A stretch of 64,000 bases of DNA, taken from NCBI GenBank assembly GCA_041690135.1, contig JAWLHY010000007.1:64001-128000 (forward strand). Reading direction: 5' to 3'. The notes below the pieces were generated by a model that ran no database searches, was not told the origin of the DNA, and saw only the letters and a list, made by a program, of their open reading frames with translations. The DNA comes from Armatimonadota bacterium (GTDB taxonomy: Bacteria; Armatimonadota; SYMT01). A program made the position numbers and the translations under genes. Numbering within the stretch: the first letter of the stretch is position 1; each line of letters opens with the position of its first letter. This document shows, piece by piece, positions 40,057-50,144 of the stretch.

Positions 40057-40739
40057 CAGGCCTCCTCCGAATCCGGACCGCGAAGCATGTAACCCACGCC
40101 GTGGACCGTCTGGATCAACTTTACGGGGTGCTGGGAGTCGATCTTGCGGCGCAGAAAGGTGATGTGCACGTCCACGGTGTTCGAATAGCTCTCGTCATCC
40201 ATCCAGACCCGCTCCAGCACCTCCGCGCGGCTGAGCGGCCGGCCTTCGTTCGCCGCCAGCGCTTCCAGAAGCTGGTACTCGCGCGGCGTCAGGTGGACAT
40301 CCTGCCCTGCCCGACGCACGAGGCTCGTGGAGGTATCGATCTCCAGGTCGGCGATGCGGATGGTTCGGGCCTTATGCACGCGGTCCCGCCGGAGCAGCGC
40401 CCGGACGCGGGCGATCAGCTCCGTGAAGTCGAACGGCTTCGGCAGGTAGTCGTCCGCCCCGGTCTCCAGGCCTTTCACCCGGTCGGTCACCGCGTCGCGC
40501 GCGGTGAGCATAAGGATCGGGAATGTCTTGCGACGCTGTCGCAGCATCTCGCAAACGCTCCAGCCGTCCCGTCGGGGCAGCATGAGGTCGAGAATTACGA
40601 GCGAGTAATCGCCCTCCAGCGCCATCCGCAGCCCCGTCTCTCCGTCTTCCGCGTGGTCGACCCGGTATCGCGCCTCTTCCAGGCCCGCCTGAACGAGCTC
40701 CGCGATCGTCTCATCGTCTTCGATTAACAGGATCCGCAT
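40056..40739 (-). CDS. OmpR-family response regulator
   Basis: LLIEDD, LDLMLP, GADDYLPKPF, LTPREY.LL, IQTVHGVGY. Confidence 0.95.
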   Translation of the reverse strand: MRILLIEDDETIAELVQAGLEEARYRVDHAEDGETGLRMALEGDYSLVILDLMLPRRDGWSVCEMLRQRRKTFPILMLTARDAVTDRVKGLETGADDYLPKPFDFTELIARVRALLRRDRVHKARTIRIADLEIDTSTSLVRRAGQDVHLTPREYQLLEALAANEGRPLSRAEVLERVWMDDESYSNTVDVHITFLRRKIDSQHPVKLIQTVHGVGYMLRGPDSEEA

Positions 40740-40742
40740 GGG

Positions 40743-40759
40743 CTTAATGACTTCTTAAT
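40743..40759. promoter_or_regulatory. Candidate OmpR-type direct-repeat box CTTAAT-N5-CTTAAT
   Basis: 11-bp period direct repeat in the divergent RR/sigma intergenic region. Confidence 0.45.
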
Positions 40760-40834
40760 CACCGCTCGCTACCTTTATGCTCAGACGTTTACTCCGCGCG
40801 CATGTCCGCTCGATCCGTTCCAGGAGGCAGAGAG

Positions 40835-41506
40835 ATGCAGGTCCAGACTCACTCCGTTTCTACTCACGCCCAGCCGTTCCCGTTCCCCGTCGAGGAAACT
40901 GGCCGCCCTATGCGCAGCGTGAGTGAGGGGTTGAGGTCGGGCGAAACGCTTCCCGATGAAGAAGCCGCTTTCTCCTCCCTGTTCTTCCGCCACCGCGACG
41001 ACCTGCAGCGGTACCTGTACCGGAAACTCGGCAGCCTGGAAGAGGCCGAGGACGCCGTTTCCCTCACCTTCTGCAACGCCTGGCGCGCGCGGGCTTCTTT
41101 CCGGGGTCAGGCCTCCTGCAAGACCTGGCTCTACCAGATTGCCACCCGGGTTGCCCTCGACACGATGCGCCGCCGCCGTCGTCGCCCTGTGGAGCAGGAT
41201 CTCGAAGACCCCGAAGCCGATCTGGCCCAGGTCCCGGACGATGAAACTTACGAGCCGGAGCGCGTGCTTCTGGATGCCGAGCATGCCGAGCTCACCCGCG
41301 AGGCCGTGAACGCCGCCATCGACCGCCTCTCCCCGGAAGCCCGGAGGCTGGTGCGTCTCTACTACTTCGACGGCTACAACTACGACCAGATCAGCTCCGA
41401 GCTGGGCATCTCCTACGGCAAAATCCGCGGCCGCCTGCACCTCATCCGCGAGCGCCTTCGCCGCGACATGCAGCAGCGCCAGTGCTGGGGCCAGATCGAG
41501 GCGTGA
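40835..41506 (+). CDS. ECF sigma-70 factor
   Basis: AGGAGG RBS; EEAEDAV, FRGQASCKTWLYQIA, region 4 (RL.YFDGYNYDQIS.ELGI..G.IRGRLH). Confidence 0.9.
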   Translation: MQVQTHSVSTHAQPFPFPVEETGRPMRSVSEGLRSGETLPDEEAAFSSLFFRHRDDLQRYLYRKLGSLEEAEDAVSLTFCNAWRARASFRGQASCKTWLYQIATRVALDTMRRRRRRPVEQDLEDPEADLAQVPDDETYEPERVLLDAEHAELTREAVNAAIDRLSPEARRLVRLYYFDGYNYDQISSELGISYGKIRGRLHLIRERLRRDMQQRQCWGQIEA

Positions 41507-42270
41507 AGCTTGTCCCGGAGTACGCCGCCGGTCGTGCCGGTTGGGAGAAGTGGACGAGGGTCAGCTACCTCGTGCGGGCAGGGGCGTGATGCGTAATGCG
41601 TAAAACGTGAGGCATCCGCACACCGGCGTAGTTGAAGCGCCGCAGGCTGCCGCACGCAAAGTGGTATTAGGGGGAGGTCAGGCGAGTTGCCCGGCCTCTT
41701 CTCGTTTTTTGGGGGAAGGGCAGCTACTCGCGTCGTCGGCGGCTAGGCCGGCTGTCGTACCCTACATCGCAAGGTCGCAGAATTCATTCGACGCTTAGCC
41801 AAGCGGCACCCATTCCTGATGCTTGCCGGAGTCCCGCTGCGAGGCGGGCCTTCGCGACTTGGCGGCCGCGTCCCGTCGCGGTCACCCCTGGAACCGTGCG
41901 GGTTCGAGCCGTCATCGCGCTCCAGGGTCAGGCACCCCATCGCGCTGACTCGCCAATCCACGATACCAGGCTCCCCCTCTCCCGCAAGCGCAGGCGAGGG
42001 GGAGCCCGAGGGGGTGGGGTAGGGGGTGAGGGCGCTCTGGTCACCGCACCTGCCAATGGCAACGCTCCGGAAATCCAAAGGAATGCGCCACCGCCGGAGA
42101 TCAATCCCATCGAGTGGCCCAATGCTGGTGATGCAAACAGAAGGGCCAGCAGCTCGCTCAGGGCGCCCGGCGGTTCGGGTTACGCAATACGAACTACGCC
42201 CGTGTCCGAGGTAGTCCCCTTGCTTTCGCACCTACCTCGCACGAAGGCATTACGCATTACGCAATGCGCA

Positions 42271-42948
42271 TTACTCTTTCCGCTTATGCCGGTGCTTCCA
42301 CTCGGGGAACTTGAACGGCTCGCCCTGCATGCAGTGGAACTGCTTCCGCTGGGCATCGGTGAGGATCGCGGTCAGGCGGGCATCGGTGGCGCTGGTCACT
42401 TCGAAGAACCGCCGGCGGGCTTCTTCGCGGTGGTCGCCGGACATAGCCCCCGTCATCTTGAAGCCCTGGAAGGCGCTCCGCATGGCTTCTCGCTCGCCAT
42501 CTAGGGCGGCTTCCACGTGCCGTCGCTGTTCCTGGGAGAGTTTCAGTGTGTCCGCGATATCCCGGCGGGCGATAGCGCGGATCCGTTCCTTCTGCAACTC
42601 CAGTTGCCGCAGGCGGTGAATCTGCTTCGGCTCCAGGATAGTGGCGACGCGGCGCTCTTGCTCGGCGTAGAGCGCTTCGAACCGCTTCTGCAGGTCGGGA
42701 GGCGTGAGCTTCTGGAGTTCTTCCCATGTCTGGCGCGCGCGCGTGAACAACTCCCGGTTGTAGGCATCTAGGTCGCCTATTTGCTCCGGCGTCAGACGCA
42801 GCTCCTTCTGGACTTCGGGAATGACCAACAGCCGCATCGGCCCCCGGGGAGCCCCCCGGAAACCCTGCGCTTCGACGGTGGCAGGGAGCCACAGGCCCGC
42901 CACAACCATCACTGCCAGTAATTTTCCCAGCCAATGGGAGATCTTCAC
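42271..42948 (-). CDS. Secreted helical protein with LTxxQ repeats (Spy/CpxP-like)
   Basis: Signal peptide; VQKELRLTPEQ, ILEPKQ, LKLSQEQ, ILTDAQ. Confidence 0.7.
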   Translation of the reverse strand: MKISHWLGKLLAVMVVAGLWLPATVEAQGFRGAPRGPMRLLVIPEVQKELRLTPEQIGDLDAYNRELFTRARQTWEELQKLTPPDLQKRFEALYAEQERRVATILEPKQIHRLRQLELQKERIRAIARRDIADTLKLSQEQRRHVEAALDGEREAMRSAFQGFKMTGAMSGDHREEARRRFFEVTSATDARLTAILTDAQRKQFHCMQGEPFKFPEWKHRHKRKE

Positions 42949-43062
42949 GCGCTCACCCTCGGAGTCGGTACTGGAGAGACTAACACAACTTGCTCTGTAC
43001 CGGCCGTCTACTTTGACGTTGGGGGCGCCCCCTGGTTCACACTCATTTGAGACGCCGCGGGG

Positions 43063-44904
43063 TCAATCGTCAGGCTCGTGGCTCTCTTTCAACACCCGGA
43101 AGATCGGGGCCGAGGTGCGGAGCGGGATGGCGCCCTCCTTCCAGCGTTTCCGGGGGAGCACGAAGCAATGTTCCCGTGGGCATTCGATCTGCTCCTCGCA
43201 CCACCCATCCGTGATGATCATCACCGGGGCGGTCGCCGGGAAATCGGGACGGCCCAGCAGGTGGATCACCGCCGGCTGCAGCGCCGTCCCGCCCCGCCCC
43301 TGCACTGGGAAAATGCCCCGCAGATCCGTCGGCGCGACCCAGCCCCGGTCATAGGGCGCGGCATCGCAGAGGACCAGCCGGGTCCGGGGCACGTCGCGCG
43401 CCTCGGAGAAGGAAGCAATCGCTCCCAGAGCCCGGCCAAGCAATTCCCGGTCCATCGAACCCGACGTATCGAGCACCACGCCGAAGGTGCACGCCTCCCG
43501 CCATTCGTCCGGGATGTAGCGGGCCGGGCGGGGAATGTCGGGAGTCGACGCTTGCCGCCGGCTGGCCCGGGCGTAGCTCCGGAGCGGCTCGCGGACAAAG
43601 GGGACGTGTGCCTCCATCCAGCGTCCGAGCTCCACGTCCCAGGGCACCGGGGGCGAGAAAAGGGAACGGACTTCCTCCAGAAGCCCGGCAGGAAGCAAGC
43701 CCCGGCCCAGGTGCGACATTCCGGCCGACAGACACCGGCGATAGAGATCGTCCAGCGTCGTCACTTCGTCCCGGTAGATGGTCCGCCCCGGGGTGTCCAG
43801 CAGCACGTCCCCCAGCTTCCCGCGGAACCCACGGAGACCCCGGCAGCGCTTCGGGTCCCGCACGAGGAGATCGTAAACCTCATCCGCGGACATGCCCTGC
43901 AGCCGCGGGTCGTAGAGCACCCCGATGGTTGGTAGACGGCCCACACCCATCTCGACCAGCCAGCCGTTGATCACGAAGTCACACGCGAGGTTCCAGGTCC
44001 AGGGATCGCGGCCCCGGGTGCGGCTGTGGTGCAGGAGCGCGACGTGGAGCAGTTCGTGGGTGTAGATGAACACCCACTCCTCCTGGGACAGCTTCCATTC
44101 CGGGTTGAAATACATCTCCCCCAGGAAGCCGTTCACGGCCGCGACGGAGATATCCATCCGCTGGCAGAGCTGGGCATCGGCAATGACCCGGATCTGCGTG
44201 GCCAGCGCTCCCAGCAGGGGAAACTCGTTGATCACCCACCGGCGCGCCCGCTCCGCCGGCCCCCAACCCCCGCGGTTTGCCTCCTCGCCGAGGGAATAGG
44301 CGACCTCCGCCACGGTCCCTTCCACCGCTTCCCGGATTCCCTGGGCGAGGCGCTCTTCGTAATCCCTACGCCAGAGGTGGAGCCGCCCGAGACCGACGAT
44401 ATCGGGACGGTGCTGTCCGGCCAGGGTGCGGTACTCCTGCTTCACCTTCGGGTAGGCCGCGCGGAACTCCAGGATCTCTTCGTAGACCTCTTCTTCAGAC
44501 CTGCCGGCCGCCGCACCCGGGCCGTGAGCTTGTCCCAATCCGAAAAGTGGAAGCAATCCTTCCGCGCTCAGCTCGCACGCCACGTTCCAGAGGAGCAGGT
44601 CCCGGTCTTCGCGCCGGGCGGCGTGGTTGAGGCCCAGGTGCAGCAGGAGATGACCGATGTGTCCGGCCCACTGGTCGGCCGAAAGCGCCCGGGCGTGATG
44701 GGGATTGAGCCGAACGATGCCTGCGCCAGGGTCTACACTTCCCATCTCGGGATCACCGGGGTCGCCGGAGCACTCTTCAAACTTCACCGCTTCGGCCAGG
44801 CTGCTCAGCGGCGTGCGGAAGACGTTGCTCCACCCCTGGGAGATAGCCAGCCGGTTGGCCTCCAGGCGCTCCTCGCGGGGCGATCGCTGTCTGCGTCGAG
44901 CCAT
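43063..44904 (-). CDS. DUF2201-type metallopeptidase (duplicated) + vWA-like domain protein
   Basis: HLLLH..LNH...WNVAC and HELLH..LLH...WNLACD..IN; vWA DTSGSM, GRGGT.L.P, ITDG. Confidence 0.85.
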   Translation of the reverse strand: MARRRQRSPREERLEANRLAISQGWSNVFRTPLSSLAEAVKFEECSGDPGDPEMGSVDPGAGIVRLNPHHARALSADQWAGHIGHLLLHLGLNHAARREDRDLLLWNVACELSAEGLLPLFGLGQAHGPGAAAGRSEEEVYEEILEFRAAYPKVKQEYRTLAGQHRPDIVGLGRLHLWRRDYEERLAQGIREAVEGTVAEVAYSLGEEANRGGWGPAERARRWVINEFPLLGALATQIRVIADAQLCQRMDISVAAVNGFLGEMYFNPEWKLSQEEWVFIYTHELLHVALLHHSRTRGRDPWTWNLACDFVINGWLVEMGVGRLPTIGVLYDPRLQGMSADEVYDLLVRDPKRCRGLRGFRGKLGDVLLDTPGRTIYRDEVTTLDDLYRRCLSAGMSHLGRGLLPAGLLEEVRSLFSPPVPWDVELGRWMEAHVPFVREPLRSYARASRRQASTPDIPRPARYIPDEWREACTFGVVLDTSGSMDRELLGRALGAIASFSEARDVPRTRLVLCDAAPYDRGWVAPTDLRGIFPVQGRGGTALQPAVIHLLGRPDFPATAPVMIITDGWCEEQIECPREHCFVLPRKRWKEGAIPLRTSAPIFRVLKESHEPDD

Positions 44905-44929
44905 CGGGTCGATACCTCTTCAAGCGGGA

Positions 44930-46003
44930 CTACCGCGGAGTTGCGGATACGCTCACGCTCGCCGCCAGCCGAGGGAGGTCGCGCACCACCTCCACCAGGA
45001 ACCAGGCGGGGAGGTTACGTGCCTGCTCGCCCGTCTCGTCGGCGACCATCAGCGTAGCCATTTCCACGCTGATTTCGCAGAGCTCCACCAGGACCCGCTT
45101 GGCCTGCTTCGCCATGTGCCGGTGCTGGGGCTTGACCGCCTCCCGCTCCGGGGGGAACTCCTTCGCGAGCTGCGCCCGGAGCGACTGGACGACGAAGTAG
45201 AGCACGTCGCGCTCGTCCGCAGCGCGGGGGAGGGGCTGCTCACCCTTGAGGATCAGGTCCACCCGCAGGTTGCCGTGGAGCTGCTTAACAAATGCGCCGA
45301 AGCTGCGGGCGTGGTTCTGGCTCAGGCATCCACACGCCAGGATCTCCACTTCGTCGGGCGTCACCTCTTTGCCGTACGCATGTAGGGCATCGCTGAGGAT
45401 GTGCCACGACCGCGGTGTGGTGAACGTCTCCTCCGTCTTCGGCGGGGGGACATAGAGGTGGTCGGGGCGAGTCTCCAGGTAGTGGATCACCCAAGCATGG
45501 ATTCCCTGGAGATACGCCCACTGCAGCCATTCCCGCGTGGTCGGCTTCAGTTCCACGTGGAGCATCCGGTTCATCAGGGCGGACGACATCGGCTTCACGA
45601 TCGCCTGGTCCTGCGCCCGGTTCCCGGCCCCCACCACCACCGAGCCCTCCGGCAGGCGGTACTCGCCCAGGCGGCGGTCGTTGATCAGGCTGTAGAATGC
45701 CTTCTGAACCTCAAATGAGCAGGCGTTGAGCTCATCGACAAACAGCAGGTACGGCTCATCGCGGGCGATCATCCGCGGCGGGCAGAACACCGAGTGCGTG
45801 CCTTCGATGCGCGGTACCCCAATCAAGTCCTCCGGCGCCAGTTGGGAGCCGAGCAGGGAAACGCATTCCAGCCCGACATCGTGCGCGAACTGCTCCACGA
45901 GCGCCGACTTACCGATTCCCGGTTGCCCCCAGATAAACACCGGCCGCGACGGCGCCACGTTCAGGAGAAGTTTGCTTAACGTAGTAGAAGTGACCGTCAA
46001 CAT
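44930..46003 (-). CDS. AAA+ ATPase (MoxR/AAA_5-like)
   Basis: Walker A GQPGIGKS, Walker B LLFVDELN, sensor AGN, Arg finger ALMNR, TPRSW. Confidence 0.9.
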   Translation of the reverse strand: MLTVTSTTLSKLLLNVAPSRPVFIWGQPGIGKSALVEQFAHDVGLECVSLLGSQLAPEDLIGVPRIEGTHSVFCPPRMIARDEPYLLFVDELNACSFEVQKAFYSLINDRRLGEYRLPEGSVVVGAGNRAQDQAIVKPMSSALMNRMLHVELKPTTREWLQWAYLQGIHAWVIHYLETRPDHLYVPPPKTEETFTTPRSWHILSDALHAYGKEVTPDEVEILACGCLSQNHARSFGAFVKQLHGNLRVDLILKGEQPLPRAADERDVLYFVVQSLRAQLAKEFPPEREAVKPQHRHMAKQAKRVLVELCEISVEMATLMVADETGEQARNLPAWFLVEVVRDLPRLAASVSVSATPR

Positions 46004-46094
46004 TTGAAATCATCACACGTCCGCACGCCCAACATTCACCGTCCCAGGGTCACCTGTCCTCCAGACTTCCGGACCGTACCCCCATTCATACGCG

Positions 46095-46195
46095 AAACCC
46101 AAACGCCAAACACCCAAAGACCTCTGCGCCCAGCGCCCGAACGCCCAACGCCCGCACACCCGAACACCTGAACACACGACCACCCGAACACCCCC
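46095..46195. repeat. Degenerate 7/8-mer repeats (CCCAAAC / CACCCGAA family)
   Basis: cccaaacgccaaacacccaaagacc...cacccgaacacctgaacacacgaccacccgaacacccc. Confidence 0.7.
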
Positions 46196-46351
46196 TATCC
46201 CGTCCTCCCACCCCCACGGGCTAAATCCCGTCGAGTTGTGATTTGTTTGAGTCTCACCGCGGAAGCTCAAACGCCACGAACTGCATGCAACTGGGCAGAC
46301 CGAAAGGTGTCCAATTCACGCGTGTCCAAACAGGATGCGGAGGGAGCCTGC

Positions 46352-48652
46352 ATGCGTTTGCTTGGAGTAGCGTTGGTTCTGGCGTTGGGGGCCCCGGTGA
46401 TGGCGGCGCCCGCGAAAAAGGCGGCGAAGAAGCCTGCCGCGCGTGTGACGAAGAAGGCCGTGGCGAAGAAGCCGGTCGCGAAGAAGCTCGTCGCCAAAAA
46501 AGCACCCCCCACCCCGAAGATCGTGGCGCCGGAGCATCCGCAGTTCCTTCGGGACGTGGCCCCCATCCTGGATAAGGCGGGCTGTTCGATCGCCGCCTGT
46601 CATGGCAAGTTCGGCGGTCGCGGCGACTTCGAAATCTCGCTGCTGACGCTGGCCCCGGAAGACGATTACCGGCCAATCGTTTTCGGCGCAAAGGGCCGGC
46701 GCATCAACCTCCAGGAGCCGGCGCACAGCCTTCTCCTCCAGAAGCCCACCGGCGAGGTGGCGCACGCGGGCGGCGTTCGCTTCAAGAAGGGCTCGGTCGA
46801 GTACCAGACGATTCTGAACTGGATTCGCGACGGGGTGCCGTTCACAGCCGAGGACCCGCGGGTCAAGGAGGTCAAGGTCGAGCCTTCCAGCATCACCCTG
46901 AAACCGGGCGGCAAGACTCAGCTCAAGGTCACGGCACACTGGAGCGACGGCAAAGTTGAAGACGTTACTAAGAAAGCGGTTTACGCTTCCTCGGACGAGC
47001 CGGTCGCCACCGTCACGGACGAAGGAGAGGTCGAAGGGGTCCGCTGGGGCGGCACCGCCATCCAGGTCCGTTTCCTGGGCGTCGCGCGGGCGTCGTTCCT
47101 CACGCTGCCGCAGGAGCGCAAGGATAAGGCGAAGTATCCGGAAGCCCCCCGCGTCAACTACATCGACGAGCTCGTGTTCAACAACCTCCGGCGGATGAAC
47201 GTCATCCCGTCCGAGTTAACCAACGACGAGCAGTTCTGCCGCCGCGTCTACCTGGACACCATCGGGATGCTCCCCACGCCCGAGGAACTGCAGAAGTTTG
47301 TCCAGGATCCCGCTCCCGACAAGCGGGCCAAACTGATCGACGAACTTCTGGAGCGGCCGGAATATGTCGATCTCCGGACCCTCCGGATCGCGGACATGCT
47401 CCGCGTCAACCCGCGGAAGATCAGCAACAACAACGGGTTCGGCGAGCGCTCCGCACTGCTCTTTCACGATTGGATCCGCGAGAACGTCGCGAAGAACCGT
47501 CCTTACAACGAGTTCGTGAAAGAGCTCCTCGCCGCGCGGGGCAGCCTCTACCACAACGGCCCGGCCGCCTACTGGGCGATCGAGCGCACCGCCAATGACC
47601 GAGCGGAGACCACCGGCCAGGCCTTCCTGGGCGTCCGCCTGGGGTGCGCCCGCTGCCACAAGCACCCGTTCGACCGCTGGAACACGGACGATTACTGGAA
47701 CTTCAGCGCCTTCCACGGCAAGGTCGCGCTGCGCGGCGTGCCCGGTGGCGCCTTCGGAGAGCAGGAAGTCTACTACAACCCCGGCGTCCGGGTGATCAAC
47801 CAGTCCGTCAACGGTCCGCGCCGTGGGTTGCCGGCCGTTCCGACCTTCCTGGGCGGCGAGCCGTTCTCGGACGAGCAGATGAAGGAGGACATCTCCGTGG
47901 AGCTCGCCGAGTGGGTCACCAGCAAGGAGAACCCGTTCTTTGCCCGCTCGACGATGAACCGGCTCTGGAGCCAGATCTTCGGTCGCGCTCTGGTGCACCC
48001 CGTGGACGATATGCGGGAAACGACGCCCGAATCCGTTCCCGGTATGCTCGACGCGCTGTCGAAAGATTTCATCGAGCACAACTTCGACATCAAGCACGTC
48101 ATCCGGACGGTTCTGAACAGCCGGACCTACCAGCTTCAGGCGATGGCCAACGCCACCAACGCGCTGGATGATCGCTTCTACTCTCACTACTATCCGAAGC
48201 CGATGGTTGCCCAGGTGCTCCTGGACACCATCAATCAGGCAACGGGAGTAGCGGAGCGGCTCAGCCAGTTCCCGCTCACGCGGTCGGTGGAGCTGCCCAT
48301 TCCGGTTAACAACTATTTCCTGACCGTCTTCGGGAAATCGCACCGCGAATACCTGACCGAGCTCGACCCGAAACTGGAGCCGAATCTCGTGCAGACCCTG
48401 CACATGATGAACTCCACGTACATCAACGGCAAGATCCGGGCGGGGAGCTATTTGCGTGAGTTGGGGCGCTCGAAGACCAGCGACGAAGAGGTCGTGCGGC
48501 AGATGTTCCTGCGCACCCTTTGCCGCCAGCCCACGGCCGGGGAGACCGCCGCGGCTCTCAAGGCCCTATCCGAGACTAAGAAACGGCAAGAGTGGTTGGA
48601 AGACCTGCTGTGGTCTCTGATCTCTTCACGAGAGTTCCTCTTTATTAGCTAA
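46352..48652 (+). CDS. DUF1549/DUF1553 protein with Big-2 (Ig-like) domain and Lys/Ala-rich N-terminus
   Basis: FLRDVAPIL..AGCSIAACHG, Ig-like VKVEPSSITL...SSDEPVATV, F.RRVYLD.IG.LPT, CARCHKHPFDRW, HPVDD, SREFLF. Confidence 0.9.
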   Translation: MRLLGVALVLALGAPVMAAPAKKAAKKPAARVTKKAVAKKPVAKKLVAKKAPPTPKIVAPEHPQFLRDVAPILDKAGCSIAACHGKFGGRGDFEISLLTLAPEDDYRPIVFGAKGRRINLQEPAHSLLLQKPTGEVAHAGGVRFKKGSVEYQTILNWIRDGVPFTAEDPRVKEVKVEPSSITLKPGGKTQLKVTAHWSDGKVEDVTKKAVYASSDEPVATVTDEGEVEGVRWGGTAIQVRFLGVARASFLTLPQERKDKAKYPEAPRVNYIDELVFNNLRRMNVIPSELTNDEQFCRRVYLDTIGMLPTPEELQKFVQDPAPDKRAKLIDELLERPEYVDLRTLRIADMLRVNPRKISNNNGFGERSALLFHDWIRENVAKNRPYNEFVKELLAARGSLYHNGPAAYWAIERTANDRAETTGQAFLGVRLGCARCHKHPFDRWNTDDYWNFSAFHGKVALRGVPGGAFGEQEVYYNPGVRVINQSVNGPRRGLPAVPTFLGGEPFSDEQMKEDISVELAEWVTSKENPFFARSTMNRLWSQIFGRALVHPVDDMRETTPESVPGMLDALSKDFIEHNFDIKHVIRTVLNSRTYQLQAMANATNALDDRFYSHYYPKPMVAQVLLDTINQATGVAERLSQFPLTRSVELPIPVNNYFLTVFGKSHREYLTELDPKLEPNLVQTLHMMNSTYINGKIRAGSYLRELGRSKTSDEEVVRQMFLRTLCRQPTAGETAAALKALSETKKRQEWLEDLLWSLISSREFLFIS

Positions 48653-48686
48653 TCGCTCGGGTTGTATCGCCACGAAAGGAAACGCA

Positions 48687-50006
48687 ATGCGCTTCAAGCT
48701 TGGGGATTGTGAGAACTTCCACCGCCGCGATGTCCTGAAGGCGGGGGTGCTGGGAGTGGTCGGCGGACTGAGTATGACCGACCTGTTCGCCCTGAAAGCC
48801 CACGCGGGCGTCCGCGAAGGGTCCGCCGCTCAGACCCCCACCGAGTCGGTGATTCTCATCTGGCAGGGAGGCGGTCCCAGCCATATCGATACCTGGGATC
48901 CCAAGCCGGATGCTCCGGCCGAGATTCGCGGCACCTTCAACCCGATCGATACGGCGGCGCCGGGTATCCAGATCAGCGAGAAGCTGCCGCTGATCGCGAA
49001 GCAGATGGATAAGATCTCCATCATTCGCTCTATCACGACGGGTGAGGGCGCTCACGAGCGCGGCAGCCACTACATGCTCACCGGTTTCACCCCGCTGCCT
49101 GGCTTTGCCGTCCCCGGCTACGGCGCCGTGGCGGCAAAGTTCCGCGGTGGTCGCAGCGCGCTCCCTCCGTACATCGCCATCCCGAGCCCGATCGACAACG
49201 GCGGCACGGCCGGCTTCCTGGGCGCCGCGCTCAACCCGTTCTCCCCGAGCGGCGACCCGGCTTCCCGCAACTTCTCGGTGCGCGACCTGGACCTGCCGAA
49301 CGGCATGACGGTCGAGCAGGCGGATCGCCGGCGCACGCTCCGCGAGGCGATTGATGCGCAGTTCAACAAGTTCGAGTCCGGCAGCGACACGATTCGCGCT
49401 ACGGGCGAGTTCTTCAACCGCGCCTATGCTCTTCTCGGTTCGCAGGAGGCCCGTGCTGCGTTCGATCTGAAACAGGAGAAGGACGCCGTCCGCGACGAAT
49501 ACGGCCGGAACCGCTTCGGGCAGAGTGCCCTCCTGGCTCGCCGCCTGGTGGAGACCGGCGTCCGCTTCGTCACCATCAGCGTGGGCGGCTGGGACACCCA
49601 CTATAATGGCTTCCGCTCCCTCGGCGAGAACCTGCTGCCGATGTACGACCAGACGGTCAGCACCCTCATCCGGGACCTGCACGACCGCGGCCTGTTGAAG
49701 AACACCATGGTGCTCTCGATGGGCGAGTTCGGCCGCACCCCGGTTATCAATAAGGACGGCGGCCGCGACCACTACGCGCGTGTCTTCTCCATGATGATGG
49801 CGGGCGGCGGTCTCAAGGGCGGTGTAGCCGTCGGCGCCTCCGACTCCCGCGGCATGGAAGTGGCCGCCCGGCCGATCCGTCCTGAGGACGTGGCCGCGAC
49901 GATCTACAAGCAGCTCGGCATCGATTACACCCAGAGCATCGAGTCTCCGGAAGGCGTGCGGATCACCCTGTCCCGCGGTGGCCGCCATATCCAGGAACTT
50001 GTGTAG
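48687..50006 (+). CDS. DUF1501 protein (Tat signal)
   Basis: HRRDVL; GGPSHIDTWDPKP, ARRLVETGVRFV, GWDTH, GEFGRTP..N..GGRDH. Confidence 0.92.
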   Translation: MRFKLGDCENFHRRDVLKAGVLGVVGGLSMTDLFALKAHAGVREGSAAQTPTESVILIWQGGGPSHIDTWDPKPDAPAEIRGTFNPIDTAAPGIQISEKLPLIAKQMDKISIIRSITTGEGAHERGSHYMLTGFTPLPGFAVPGYGAVAAKFRGGRSALPPYIAIPSPIDNGGTAGFLGAALNPFSPSGDPASRNFSVRDLDLPNGMTVEQADRRRTLREAIDAQFNKFESGSDTIRATGEFFNRAYALLGSQEARAAFDLKQEKDAVRDEYGRNRFGQSALLARRLVETGVRFVTISVGGWDTHYNGFRSLGENLLPMYDQTVSTLIRDLHDRGLLKNTMVLSMGEFGRTPVINKDGGRDHYARVFSMMMAGGGLKGGVAVGASDSRGMEVAARPIRPEDVAATIYKQLGIDYTQSIESPEGVRITLSRGGRHIQELV

Positions 50007-50144
50007 CATCCACGACTGAGGTCTCTTGCGGGAGATCGAATGGGAGAAGCGAAGAGTGGGGGACACCCTTCCCAGGGTGTCTTCCATTCTCCCAATCTCC
50101 CATTCTTCGTTTCGAACGACGTCCGACGAGGAGTAGTAGCGGAT

